Shown: positions 27,701 to 44,100 of the stretch, piece after piece
Layout of the letters: every line of letters begins with the position of its first letter
Numbering within the stretch: position 1 is the stretch's first letter
NCBI RefSeq assembly: GCF_009914755.1
Contig: NC_060938.1
DNA length: 64,000 nt
Reading direction: 5' to 3' (one strand)
Source: the human T2T-CHM13v2.0 reference genome, Homo sapiens
Notes under the pieces: model-generated
The model's database searches: none
Told to the model about the DNA's origin: nothing
What the model saw: only the letters and a program-made list of their open reading frames with translations
Position numbers and translations under genes: made by a program

Positions 27701-30700
27701 TTCCAAAATCTTAAAATTTCCAAATAAAATCCTTTCGTCTGGATGCCACTCACTTTAACAAGCTTTGAGTAACTTTTTTTAATGAAAATGTGATAGAAAG
27801 TAATGTAACTGCATATGTTTTATTATGTAAAATTCTGATAGTATCATGTATGTCTTTAGAATTTCCGTTGTCACACATTGTCTGTGCTTTGTAGGATTTT
27901 GCAGATTAAGCCTTAGCACTCATTTTGTGAGGACAGTGAATCCTAATTCCTCTTCTTCATTCTTTCTGTGACCTTTTTGATTTTGCCTCTTTAGTAATCT
28001 CCTCACTGCCCTTGTAATGCAAAAACTAAGAATAAAAATGGTCTGTTTGGGTGCTGTGAGTCTTGGCAATTAAAACTTCACATGAAATTTGTCTCCTGAG
28101 AGAAAATATTATTCTCCCTTTTAATAAAAGGATACAATTAAATACTCCCTGAAACCTCTCTCCTTCAAATATATTGTCTTATGTAAAAGATGGAAATGGA
28201 GCCTTGTTTAGCTGAAAAACTGAAGAGCCAAAAACATTTCTAACTATAAATTAGTTTATGCATATTAAATATCCCAGCCTTAGCTCTAATAAAAACAAAA
28301 AAAATGTGAAGCATGGTGTGCTCTGTGGTTATTAACCTGTTGTTGAAACCCTGACTTCAGTTCTAGGCCCTTAGCATGATTACTTCTTTCCTTCTTTGGG
28401 TTGCATGATGCTTCAAGGTCTAGAAATGCCAATGTCTTTCCCAAGGGGTTTTACCTTTTACCTCTGAAGATTGAAGAAAGCAACTGAGTTGTTCAGAAAT
28501 CTCTTTAAATTAGATTTAAAAGGTACTGGGTTTATTTTTGCATGTCTTCTTTATTTTTTCCTCCAAAGATTAAGATTGTATTTTAGAAGGCTCTTTTGGC
28601 TCCTTTAAAAAGAAAGTTTATCCTTGTATCATATAGGACTGAAGGAGATAGGCTGCAGTTTGAAGGCAAGAGCATCTGATCTCCAAAGAATCAGAAAATC
28701 TCTTCTTTTGTTGCATTTGTAGGTACTTTTTGTTGTGTTGCTTTTTTTTTTTTTTTTTTTTTTTAATACAGGTAAAGTTCAAACGAGCACAGCATGGTCC
28801 AAATGGTGTTTAAAGCTGTCTAAGTTTCCTTTATGTAACTTTCACTTCAACAAGTATGTTCCAGCTGGGAGTCTATCGGGCTGTTAAAATTAACTTTATT
28901 CTTCTTTTGTTATTCTCATGCACACACACATACACACATGCCTACATGCACATGTGCACACAGACACACAGGTGTGAACATGACCATTTAATCACATCCA
29001 GCAGGGCTGAATGTCACTCTGCGGGGCTTTATTGACTGTTGTACAGGCTAAACATTTCATTCAGTTGCAAGACAGAAAAACTCTGCAGGATGAATTTCAA
29101 AACAGAGAGCAGAATTGTTACCCACAGATAAGAATTCTTTGTAAGGCTTTCACCTTCTCATAAAAGTGTTAGTTAAGAAGAGGTGAAAACAGGTATTCCA
29201 TTCATCTCTGAAGTGTATGCAGTAATGGCCTCATTCGGCTGAGATTTCCCAGCAGCAAAAAATGTGCTTGGCAGAACAGTTGCTCTAAATACCTGGGACA
29301 TACATTCTTTCTAGGATTAAACAAATAATACTTGCTGCCCTTTGTATAAAAAGATCACTTTTCTGGTGCACCATTAGTGTACATTTGATTTGATTTGTTT
29401 GTTAAGCAGCAAAGGTGGGTTTCCCTGGAGCCACTTACACCTCCTCTCGGTCCTCTTTGCCTCTGGCTGTATATGCATGTTCATTCTACCACCTGATGAC
29501 TTCATGCTTACTCTGTGTTCTAACTAAATCGAATGAGTCTCTTATTCCCATTCCTTCCTTTTTACTTTCCTGCCTCTAGGCATTAATTTGTGCCATTTAC
29601 CTGGACTATCTGCTCCCACCTTTGACTATTAATATCCTATTTATTATTCTATCAAAGCCAAAGACCATCATCCCCATGAATTCCTCTGACATCCCACTCA
29701 GAATCTATCTCTCTTTCCTCAGAGCACAGTTTTTTTTCTTTTTACTATCATTTAAGGACAGTTAGGCCAAACACTTACCTACTTAATTATAAGCTTCTTG
29801 AGGATTTGGGCCACTTCATATGGCTTTTGGTTTTCCCCAAAGCATTAGCTCCAAAAAGAAAGGTTGAATGAATGATTGGTGAGTCATCAACCTTGGCATA
29901 GTTGGGACTACCCTTTGAGACCACTAACCAGAATTTTTCTCAATGAAATGAAATTTATTCCCCGACAAATTGACTGCACCATGTTAGTCTCCTTAACATC
30001 ATCTGCTGAACCATCTCTTAAGAAACACTTTGATACTAGATGGTAAATAACCACTGTGTCAAGACCTCCAAGTGCCCTTTACCTCCAGGTCACCTGTGTT
30101 CCTGCAGCAAGACACACCTCTGTCCCCACCATGAGGCAGAATGAGGCTTGGGACAGATAAGACTTCCAGAACCCAGCTCCAGCACTGTGGCCACTGTCTG
30201 ATTAATCAGTTCTTCTTCTGCACTGATAATTAAATACTCACTGTTAAATTTTATATTACCCTTGCTAGTATCATTGTTATAACCAATGTGACAGCCACAA
30301 AAGAGAATTAAAGCTATAGACTGTTTATGGACTGTCTTCACTTCAGCACAGCAGGGAAGAAACCAGGGATCTGAATAAGTACTAGGGATCCTTGCTCATT
30401 TTCCCAATTTGGCTACAAAAGTTAATGAAATTGGGGCCAACGCTTAAAATGCAGATATTGTTATGGATACATTTTATGATATAAATAGAGATACACTTGT
30501 TTCATGGAGGGGTAACTAGGGACTTAGATTTCATTTGGACCTATGTGTGCCGAGCAATTGGAAGCATATTAAAACTGTTTTATGTGTAAGCATTTATTGC
30601 TTTTGCCTATAAGATGTTGCTTATGTGGGAAATTAAGAGTCCAGTCCAATGTATTCCTGGGTATACAGCTTATGAAGGCATTTAAAACCTAAAGCATATT

Positions 30701-31374
30701 TATTCTGCATTTAAAAGTGTTTAGAGACTGCCTTGTGTGTTAATGTGTGCTGTGCGACTAGCACTATTTAAATCCTATCCCCCTGCATGCATTAATGTGT
30801 GCGTCGAAGGGAAGAAGAGCAAGGGATGATAAACTCTGTTAACTGCCCAATGTTCAACTAAGATTTATGTAAGAAAGAACAGTCTAGTGCATTAATGTGA
30901 ATATTCTAAGATAGATGTTTATCTTAATGGACTCAGAGGTACTTACAAACAGCATAATTGCTGAAGTCATTTTACAGGGCATTTATTCAGAGTGATTACA
31001 CTACTCTTACTTTTCTTTACATAAAGAATTCCACTTAAGGGTTTAAGTGAGACAGGCTAGTGTGGCCAAAGAATCATAGGTTCCTCCTATCTGCTGCTCA
31101 GCGCTAAGGCTATTTGAAAGGAGGAGAAGCAAAACCCCAAATCTCCATTTTGGCACTTTGCAAGAAATTGGTCCAAATGTTCAATCACTCCAGTTTTCAG
31201 ATCTACATGATATTTGACTTACTTTAAACCTATAGTCCTGCAAATAAGAAATTTATCTCTCTGGTACATGGTTGTAGAATTCAAACATTAGTTGTTTATG
31301 GACTTTTATGGACCACTGAGGCATTTTCTGTCTTGAAAGCAAATGTACTCTTCCAGAGAAACTCCTGTTCTTTT

Positions 31375-31938
31375 TTTAAAGTTTTATTTTTAACTGACAA
31401 ATTAATAATTGTATATATAGGTATGACGTGATGTTTCAATGTCTATATTCATTGTGGAATGATCAACCCAGGATAATTAACATACTCATCACCTCAAATT
31501 CTTTGTAGCAAGAACATTTACAATTTATTCTTTTACATGAATGAATTTTAAAATATATAATTTTGAAATAGGCAATTCATTATTAACTCTAGTCACCATG
31601 CTGTGTAATAGATCAGAATCTACTTCTCCTGTCTGAAACTTTGTAGTCTTCAACCAACATCTCCTCATTCCCCATTGACCTTTCCTTTCTCAGCCTCTGA
31701 TAACCACCACTCTACTCTCTATTTCTGTGAGTTTGACTTTTTAGATTTCTACATACAGGTGAGATCATACGGGATTTGTCTCTCTGTGCCTGGCTTATTT
31801 CACTTAGCATAATGTCCTTTAGCTCCATCCACATTGTTCCAAGTAGCAGAATTTCCTGCTTTTTAAAGGCTGAATATTATTCCATTGTGTGTGTGTATAT
31901 ATATATCACATTTAAAAAATTTTATTCATCCATTAATG
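31375..31938 (-). mobile_element. L1MA-type 3' fragment
   Basis: ttaactgacaaattaataattgtatatat...gagatcatac...ctgtgcctggcttatttcacttagcataatgtcc. Confidence 0.85.
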
Positions 31939-32087
31939 GAAAACCTTCATTCTTGAAAAAATAGCTTATAAAGCTATTTATGTCCCTGATACCTCCAAAG
32001 ATCAGAATGAGTAATAATCTCACAAGGATGGGAAATACTTCCTCTCTTCCACCTTTTGCATGTCCATCCTTTGAACATGACTCCTGG

Positions 32088-32453
32088 TGTGTTAGTCTAG
32101 TCTGTTCTCATGCTGCTAATAAAGACATACCTGAGACTGGCTAATTTATAAAGGAAAGAGGTTTAATGGACTTCACAGCTCCACATGACTGGGGGGGCCT
32201 CACAATCATGGTGGAAGACAGAAGAAGAGCAAAGGCACATCTTACATGGTGGCAGGCAAGGGAGCATGTTCAGGGGAACTCCCCTTTATAAAACCATCCG
32301 ATCTCATGAAACTTATTCACTACCACAAGAACAGCATGGGAAAAACCCACCCCCATGATTCAATTACTTCCCACCGGGTTCCATCCCATGACACGTGGGG
32401 ATTATCGCAATTCAAGGTGAGATTTGGGCAGGACACAGAGCCAAACCATATCA
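32088..32453 (-). mobile_element. THE1 (THE1C-like) solo LTR
   Basis: tctgttctcatgctgctaataaagacatacctgagactgg...cagagccaaaccatatca. Confidence 0.9.
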
Positions 32454-33485
32454 CCCGTCTTACCCAATTCTGTTGAAATAAACAGACATTTCCTGAGTAC
32501 CTGCTATCCATTCAAGTTTTTTCTATGAGCTAGGCTCTGGTCCAGGAGTATAGTAACCCTACGGGTGATTTCAGACCAATAATAAGTAACACTATTAAGA
32601 ACACATCACAGAAGAGTAACATCTCTGACTCGCTGATATCCATTTCAAACCACATAACAATAGCATGAAGTAGATGTCACTGACTCAAATTAACAGAAGA
32701 GAAAACTAGGGTGCAGTGTTTGTGATTACCTTGGACTCTCACCATAATAGACTGAGCTCATGTTTTCTGACTCAAAACACAAAACTTTTCCCTTGATATA
32801 GTTGCCTCTAGAAGAAGTCCCTTGTCTCCCTCAAATAGCAATCAAGTAGAAGGGAAAATAGTGTAAGTCAATATATATTAAGTACTTTCAGTGTGATTCC
32901 AAGAAACTATTGAGTTGCGATGCTAAAGGGAGCATTTTATTTTTCAGCCTTGGGATCAGAAAAACATTACATAAAGAAGTGTTTGGGTTGGACCTTAAAA
33001 AAAGGTATACCATTTCAGCAGGTATAAATGGAATGAAATGCAAATAGAGTTGGGTAAGGAGCAGTATAAGCCAAAACATAAAGTTATGAACTTAATACCC
33101 TTGTTCAGAGAATTGAAAACATTTAATAGTCAGTATGTGGAGGCATTTATAGGGACAAATGGTAATGGAAGATGATACTACAAAATTACACTGGAGTCCA
33201 GAGGTGGAGGATCTTGAATTTTAATTTTTTTTAAGTCTAGACTTTTGATAGTGAGATAAATTTGAACCAACAGAGTGAAACATGAAAACTATATTTTTAT
33301 CCTGGAAGTACTTTCTAGAGTTCATTAACAGGAGGAGGTAAGGGTAGACAGGGAGTCTGGGTAGGGAATTTTAGGATTCATCCACATAAGCAACCAGGGA
33401 AGTAGGAATGAAAACTGGAGTAACATTTTAGAGATGGCTTTGCAGGACTTGGTGCCTGGAGGTGTGACGGGGAGCAGGAAGGATT

Positions 33486-34055
33486 TGTTACAGGAAAGAG
33501 GTCCCGACTTAGACCCCAAGAGAGGGTTCTTGGATCTCACGCAAGAAAGAATTCAGGGTGAGTTCACAGGGTACAGTGAAAGCAAGTTTCTTAAGAAAGT
33601 AAAGGAATAAAAGATTGGCTACTTCATAGACAGAGCATCCCCAAGGGCTGCTAGTTGCTCATTTGTATGGTTCTTGATGATATGCTAAACAAGGGGTGGA
33701 TTACTCATGCCTCCCCTTTTTAGACCTTATAGGGTAACTACTCTTGTCCCTTGATGATATGCTAAACAGGCCATGGCATTTGTGAACTGTTATGTCGCTA
33801 ATGAGAGTGTAGCAGTGAGGATGACCAGAGGTCACTCTCATCGCCATCTTGGTTTTGATAGATTTTGGCTAGCTTCTTTACTGCAACCCGCTTTATCAGC
33901 AGGGTCTTTATGACCTGCATCTTGTGCTGACCTCCTATCTCATCCTGTGACTCAGAATACCTTAACTATCTGGGAATGCAGCCCAGTAGGTCTCAGCCTC
34001 ATTTTACCCAGCTCCTATTCAAGATGGAGTTGCTCTGGTTCAAGCACCTCTGACA
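33486..34055 (-). mobile_element. MER41A solo LTR (ERV1), inserted in an antisense L2
   Basis: tgttacaggaaagaggtcccg...agaccccaagagagggttcttggatctc...caagatggagttgctctggttcaa...ctctgaca; 4-bp TSD gatt at 33482-33485 and 34056-34059. Confidence 0.9.
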
Positions 34056-34455
34056 GATTTAAAGATGACCCTGAGAGTTTGGGCTTGTTCCTAGAGAGTA
34101 AGGACACCATAGACAGAGGCCAGGAAGGCAGCAGAGGGAGGAGTTAATCAATTCAGTCTGGGATATGCTGACTGCTCATGTTTCCAAGATATTTAATCAA
34201 AAATATTGTCCCTTATGTGTTAGTCTATGTTCTATTACTATAAAATAAACTTCTGAGACTAAATAATTTATAGAGAAAAGAGGTTTATTTGGCTCACAGT
34301 CTGTAGGCTGTACAAGCAGTGCCAGCATCTGCTTGGCTTCTGGTAAGGCCTCAAGAAGCTTTCACTCATGGTGAATGGCAAACAGGGAGCAGGCATGTCA
34401 CATGGTGAGAGAGGGAGAGAGGGAGCAAGGGAGACAGGAGGAGGAGGCGCCACCC

Positions 34456-35072
<617 letters not shown>

Positions 35073-35409
35073 CAGCTCAGACTCTTTTAAACAACCAGAT
35101 CTCATGTGAACTCATTACTATGGGGAGGGCACCAAGCCATTCATGAGGGATCCACCCCTCTGAGCCAAACACCTCCCACCAGCCCCACCTCCAACATTAG
35201 GGATTATATTTCAATATGAGATTTGGAGGGGACACACATCCAAGCTGTGGTGGGCATTGTAATCACGGTGGAGCTTTCCTCATCAGGCTGATACCCAAGT
35301 CCCACCCCTGGGTATTGCTAGAATGTCACCTGGTGACTAATGAGTGCCAAAGGAGGAGACCAATCCCGTGGCGCCCTTGCATCCTCTCTGCTTGTGGTTG
35401 CTCTCTCTG

Positions 35410-36050
35410 TATTGTTCTCTCTGTTATGATTGGCTCTAACTTCCATTAAGAGAAAACTTGACCTGCAGTGACTGAAGACAGGATACATTTTCTTAAACAA
35501 GAATTCCGAAGTTTAGAGAACATAAAACTGCTTAATTTGGCTCCTATAATAGGAGCCAAATTTTTATTTTATAATAAATAATTATAATAATAATTATATA
35601 TTGTAATAATTATAATTAATTATATATTGTAATTATAATTAATTATATATTATAATAATTATAATTAATTATATATAATAAATTATTTTATTCTAATTTA
35701 TTTTATAATTGTCAAGTTTAATATTTGACAATATCTGAGTCAGCTTCCCAGTTCTTTTCTTGGCTTTCCCCCCAACTTGCCACCTTATGGGCACAAGCTG
35801 ATTGCTGCAGCTCCACATGTCCCGTGCAAACCCAAGGAAGAAGGGAAAGCAGTCAGACCAGCCAAGTCTTTTTCGTTTTATCAAGAATAGAACAAGCATT
35901 TCTAGAGCCTCTAGAGGATTTCCTTGTTTAGCTCTTTGTCCAGAGCTACCACATGGCCACTGTTAGTTGCAAAGGAGGCTTGGTTAGGCCGGTCACATTG
36001 CCAGCTCTCGCAAGGAGGAAGAGGGGAATGGATATTGACAATGTCTGCAA
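35410..36050 (-). mobile_element. Old MLT1 (J/K-like) LTR, interrupted by an AT-rich repeat
   Basis: agagaaaacttgacctgcagtgactgaa...ttgctgcagctccaca...cacatggccactgttagttgcaaaggaggcttgg. Confidence 0.5.
35563..35725. repeat. AT-rich minisatellite (taattataattaattatatatt units)
   Basis: Directly visible repeated palindromic A/T units. Confidence 0.85.
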
Positions 36051-37273
36051 TAGTCATCTTCCCTGCTACGCTGAAAGCACTTTAAAGGCAAGGACCAAGC
36101 TCCGTCAGGCCATACTTATGTCCGTGCTATGCCACACTTCTCACCTGGCACTTTGCTGGACATATGAAGACCTGAGATGAGAAGGGTTTGAGGAGACACT
36201 TCCTGCCCACTGTGCTAAGCACTTTCTTGTGTCTTTTGGGTTCTCTGAGCAGCTGTAGGAGTATAGAAGCCTCCAGATATACGTTAAACTCTTTTTCAGC
36301 ACCTCTCAAAACAGAAAAAAAAAGCAAGAAAAAGACTACAAGCTGGGAGGAAATCTATGCTGCTGTAAAAATAGAATAGGGCTGGAGTGCATTCTTCAGT
36401 AATGAATGCATGAAAAGCAGCCTCTTCAATTATAAATGTGGCTTCTCTTGTTTGTTGCCCAGTAATTCTGTTTTATTGATTTCTGTTTACTTCCAATCAC
36501 CTCAAATGAGACTGTGTTGCTTAGAGATCTTGATCCCTAAAAGTTTGTCATTAAAGCTACTCTGCTGTATTTAGTTATTTTTTGCTCAAAGCATTTGAAT
36601 CAATATGTATACAAACGAAACACTTTTTCCTTTGCTCCCTAGAAGACTACAAGAAAAAAGAATCTAGAAAAACTAAATAAAGATGCTTAGATTTTTTTAA
36701 AAAAAGTCCCAGCAAATGACATATTGATTTCTTTCAAAGAGGCAGAGTGTAAATTAAAAATATTTTTCTGACACAGTTTTTAAAGATGCCACTGACTCAG
36801 CAGAGTTTGTGCTTATTGACTTTCTCTTCCTAGAGGGCCAGGGTGGAAAGGCCGCCCACTTTTCCTAAGATCAGCTGGCTTTCAAAATCCTTTGAGGGAA
36901 GTTAGCCTTAAAGCCAATGCGAGCAAAGGTTCTTGATTCCCTGTGATCAGGTCTGAGTTCCGGTTTTGTCATCTACCACATCACTTCTGTGTATAAAAAG
37001 GTGTTGTAATTTTTTTTTCCAGAAAATTATATGGTCATCATTCTTTTTCAAAGTGGTTGCATTAAAACCCAGAATTCTCAGAGGTGGAAATAAACAAAAG
37101 CTGCGCCCTTATTAGAGAATACTCTCTGGAATGTTATTAAATGGGTCTGGGCAGATAGAGAGGGGAGTTAGAGTGGGAGCATGTGCATTAAAAGAGCCAC
37201 ACCAATACAGGAATACTAGTGCTGTTTCCTCCTGGTACCTTTGAGAGAATAAAGCTAGTTTAGACCCACAGTC

Positions 37274-37576
<303 letters not shown>

Positions 37577-37703
37577 TCATGAGGCTAGGAGGGAAGCACG
37601 AGGGACCTGGTTTCAGGAACATAATCTATTTGTCATAATTTGAGTTTCTGAAACCATGTCACACTCCTTTGGCCTGTTCAAAATCATTTTTCAGAACTGT
37701 TCT

Positions 37704-39192
<1,489 letters not shown>

Positions 39193-41934
39193 TTACACCT
39201 GCTACATTTCCAACACCCATTTTGACAGCAAATGAGTGTTGCTGTTTATGAACTGGAACGGGGAAAATTATTAGCCTCACTGTCTATCAGAAATGAGAAA
39301 CAATTCATCTCATCTCTTTCCACATAGAAGTTCTGTTGTGTTTGCTTTTGTAAATTATTTTGAATCAATATCTAAGATGGGTTTATCTATTTACTACTAA
39401 TTGCAGCCTGGGAATAAGGATGTGACTTCTGGGGTTGAGTGGGCCCATCTGGGTTTCTGAACTTCTCAATTTAATAGCACCTGAAGACATTCCCTACCTA
39501 GAGATTTTTTATATAAATCATACAGCTTTATGGGAACCCATCCTCCCACATTTCTCTGTGGGAGGTTGGTATTTCCTTCTAGGCATGAATAGGGATAAAT
39601 TCTCAATCGAAAGCTGACCTCCTCTGCATTTTTCCTCTACTGGGACTTCATACCATGTTCTCAAATTGACTCTCATTTTTCCTTCATAGTTCTGTCTCAA
39701 ACTTACTGGCCACAGATCACTTGTAACTCCCTATTTTATTAAGTCCAGTTTCAAATACCAAAACTTGCTTTAACTTCTGCTATTGCTGTAACACCTGTCT
39801 CTGACTTTTCTAACATTATATTACATGGCTGAGTGGGATATACTTTTTTTTTCACAGTGTAATAAGGAAAAGATAGCCTTGTATTTCTAGAAGTTGTATT
39901 TTATATTCACTTCATTGCATTTGATTGTTCTGGATAAGTTTTCTGTGCCACATACTAAGTTTTGGGATGTACTAACATGCACTCTTTTCTTGTGTTTACA
40001 TCTTCTTGAGCTTGCATCTCTTTCTTAGAGGGAAGGCATGAGGGAGGAAAATAAGAAGAAAGAAAGGGAAAAAGGGAGGGAAAAAAGTAGATTTGGTCTT
40101 TGGAGCTTCAGTTAAATTTCCCTTATAATGGTTAGACCCTAAATACTCAAAATGAGTATTTGTGGTGAAAACAAAAGAGCTGACAGTGGAAACACAGCCA
40201 AGCCTTTCTAATTAGCAATCCTAGAGAGGACAGCACCAATAAGAAAGAAGAGCAGCCATCAAAGCCAGGCCTTTATATGTATGTAATCAACAGGCATCTG
40301 ATCTAGATTCTTAAAGATGGTGTGGTTTGGGTGGGTGATTTTATTTATTTTATTTTTCTGTCTCCTAAATAATATGTAATTTCTTCAGGCCAAGAAATAA
40401 ATTGAAAGGATTTAGAGGGATTTGCTTATCAGTGGAACACCACGTAGCATTACATTCCTCCTGCTTTTGGGAAGGTACATTGAAGTTTGGTTAATCTTCT
40501 GTGGTTCAATACTCCTCTTCCCTCTGTCAGCCTGCCTTGAACAACAGATTAATCCCTTTTCCACCCACTCTCTTCTCCTTCCTCCCTCCCCTCTCTCTTG
40601 ATCTACCCTTCCCTTTTTGAGCAAATAGAAGAAAAATCTTAAAAGTGGGGGGAAAAAAAAATTAAACTGCTGCACTACATTTATTTATATAATCCTAGAA
40701 GACCTCAAGGGTAGAAATAAAGGATCCCAATCCTCGGCACAAAATTTGGCCAAGCTTAGCTTGGTTTTTCTACTGTTAATTAAATCTTGAGTCTGCAAAG
40801 GGATTTCCTTAAAGACTAATTCATTAGCAAAAGTTATTATAAGTCACGTCATTCTTTATCCTGCTCTAGTATATGCATTGTGGAAAAGAAGAAAAAGAAT
40901 ATGCTGGCTATTGAGGATGGGTAGAGGTTTTAGGGAGTGGGTGATACGATTTGTTTGAATTCCTATGTAGTCTGCTGTCTTTAGTGACAATGAATAATTA
41001 CTGTTGGGTGACGCTTATGAGCCCAACACTAATTTTAAGATTTTATAGCTAATGATTTGGCAACTAATCAGTGTTTTCTGGTTTGACTTGGCTTAAATCT
41101 CAGTAGTCTATAAAGTCCATGAGGACAAGGACCAGGTCAGCCTGGTCCCAAGCACAGTGATTGACTGGCACATCATAGGCAATTAATAAACACTTGTCAA
41201 GGAAATTAGTGAGTGAATGAGTCAATGCAAATGTCAGTACAAATGTAAATAAAATCATATATTCAGAATATTTTTTTAATTCAGTTTTAGAGAGCTCTGT
41301 TCCAATAACCTAATTTTGGTCAGACAGAATGCAATATCTTTAGCTCAGGGTGATTCTCTTTAAAGCTATCTCATTTCATGGCTATATGAGCAAGTAAGTT
41401 ATGCATGTAGTCATATCTTGGCAAGTGATTATCTTCAGGAGTAGGTAGAGGGAAGAGGGGAAAGTAATAGCTGGAAGAACCCATGGCATAAACCTTGTAA
41501 GACAGTTTTAAAATTCACAGGGTGTTGTTCCAATCGAAATACTTAAGCTCATAGACATAGGATACAAGGGTCACCTTAGATAGTATCTTAACAAGACTAG
41601 AATTCTGTCCCTTCACCTCCAACATTCAGGACCTGCTTCATGAGATGCCCCCATCTTTCACACCTGAGTATGACAAGTTAGAGTCATTTATGTTTCATTT
41701 GATCATAACAATGTCAGTGGCTTTCAAAGGTAACTATAAATGGGATGTTTAATCAGAATAAAATAAGAGTATAGGTATGACAGTCATACAATCTTACCAC
41801 ACTGTGAGGTTGTTTCTGTATTGGGCTTAAATTGAGTGAGTGAGAGGGATGGGGGAGAGAGGGAGATAATGGCTTCTAACAAGCTTGCCCAAGCTCTATG
41901 TTTTTTCTAGTTTTGATTACATATAAAAATCATT

Positions 41935-42242
41935 GGCAAGACATAGTGGCTCATGCCTGTAGTCCCAGCACTTTGGGAGCCCAAGGTGGGTGACTCGCTT
42001 CAGCCCAGGGGTTAGAGACCAGCCTTGGCAACATGGCAAAACCCTGTCTCTACAAAAAAATAAAAATAAATAAATTATTCAGGTGTGGTGGCGTGTACCT
42101 ATAGTCCTAGATACCTAGGAGGCTGAGGCAAGAGGATCACTTAAGCCCAAGGAGGTCAAGGCTGCAGTGAGCCATGATTACGCCCCTGCACTCCAGCCTA
42201 GGTGACTGAGAGAGACCCTGTCTCAAGGAAAAAAAAAAAAAA
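41935..42242 (+). mobile_element. AluJ
   Basis: cgcttcagcccagg...ggcaacatggcaaaaccc...ggaggtcaaggctgcagtgagccatgat; TSD aaaaatcat. Confidence 0.9.
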
Positions 42243-43739
42243 TCATCCAGTTGTATGTGTGGGTATTAGCACTGATCAAAGATGAGACTGTGATGGCCAC
42301 AATTTAGTAAAGAAAATCTTAATAGATACATTTAAAAAAAAGGTCAAACTTTTCAAATCTCATTAAAGGTTATAGGTTTACTTAGAGTCAATAGGTATTA
42401 GGTAATTGAAAAACTCAGGCAGCTTGTATTTAAATAGAGAATGAACATTCATAATGAAGCTAGATGGGTCCTCTCTCATCTGAGATATTCAGAGCTCCAA
42501 CTCCATCTCAGAATGAAGGTATAGAGGGGAAAGAACTAAAACAGCAAACATTTAAAGGAATTTAATTCTTTTTAGCGTGGAGCAGCTGCAGAGATGTATG
42601 GCTGTTTTCTGTGGGGCTTCAGAATATTTATGGGCCTTTCCCTTTTCCTTTTTCACCGGAAGAAAGGAGATCATCATTCTTGAGTGTGTTATTTATAATT
42701 TCATAAAGCTGTTCTGTGGCAGGACTTATTTTATCTCATACTAAATCTCAAATAACTGTGCTTCCAAGGAGATGGGTGGGGAAAATTGATTATCCCTCAA
42801 AATGATTAGCCTATTACCAGTGTAAGATAAAGAGCTGAAGGGTGGAATTTGAAGTTACAAAAGGCAGTTGGGCAGTAAGGAGGGGACAGAGTGAAACGGT
42901 CTTGAGCAGTTCTGATCACAGCTCACAGCAGTAGACACTTTTCTCATGCCCAATAATGGATTAATAACGAAGAACAGTGTAGAACCATTGCCAAGAAAGG
43001 GTAAAACCCTTCTGAGTACATAATTAGAAGCCAATGATTATAGAAGCAATAACTCACTGGAGGAAAATACGTCAGATTTGTGAAACTTAGGGAATTGGAA
43101 GGTAAATATACCCATAAATTTACTTGGGTGGACAGAGTTCTGAGCTTTCTTCTGTCCCAGCTTTATTCTAAGGTAATTTCAATAAACAATGTTAGGAGGA
43201 AAAAAAGAACATAAATGCAATAAAAAATCTTCCAGGAAAGGAATACATAGGGCTCCTGCCAGACAGATATTTTATTGAAAGTTATTATAATACCTATCTT
43301 TAGTTTTATGAGTCCTAACACAGAACAAAGTAATTTCAACACGTGGATTAAAAATATGAAATACATATTTTAACATGTAGTAGTATGAATTATTGTTTTA
43401 AATATAGGACTTGGCTAATATATAGGGGCAGAGGAATATTTTTCTCCCCTTGAGAAAGCAAGTTAAGGTGCTTAATATGCATTGTGAAACTGCATTGCAG
43501 TCATACTCATGCACTATGTTCTATAAACCATGTGTAGTAGCTTCCAACCAAATGGGACAGATGACACTGGTGAGATGCAGGGAGTGGAGAAAGGAGAGAA
43601 GTCTGATAGGGCAGGACATGAAATTCATGCTCAGTATCTAAGTTTTCAAGAACAACATAGCTCAAGTAGTGGTCACACTGTCATTCTAGTCCATCCCTTC
43701 CCTCCAGTCATCCTCTACTACTAGTGGGTGTATAAATAA

Positions 43740-44100
43740 ACCGTGTTTTAGACCTCTAAGCCTTTGCAAATACTATTTCACCTGAAATGCCCTTCTCCTT
43801 CTCCAGCCCACCCGTCCTCACTTCCTTCCCCTGTCTCACCACTGCCTGTCCCTGAGGGCTCATTTCCCACATGCTCTCTGCCTTCTTGCTATTTCCTTCC
43901 TTCACACATTAATGCTTCCTCTTGTCAGAGCATTCGGTTTACTACATCAAGTTTGCCTGTTTACTTGCCTGTCTCATCAGACTGTGAATTCCCAGAGCAG
44001 AGGAACTGTGTCTTATCTATAGCTTTATCCCTTATAACTGTTAAAGTGCTTGACATATAGGTGTTTGAAAAAGATTCATTAAAGTAATGAATGAATGAAA
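43740..44100 (+). mobile_element. L2 3' fragment
   Basis: cctttgcaaatactatttcacctgaaatgccctt...agactgtgaattcccagagcagaggaactgtgtctt...gaatgaatgaa. Confidence 0.65.
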
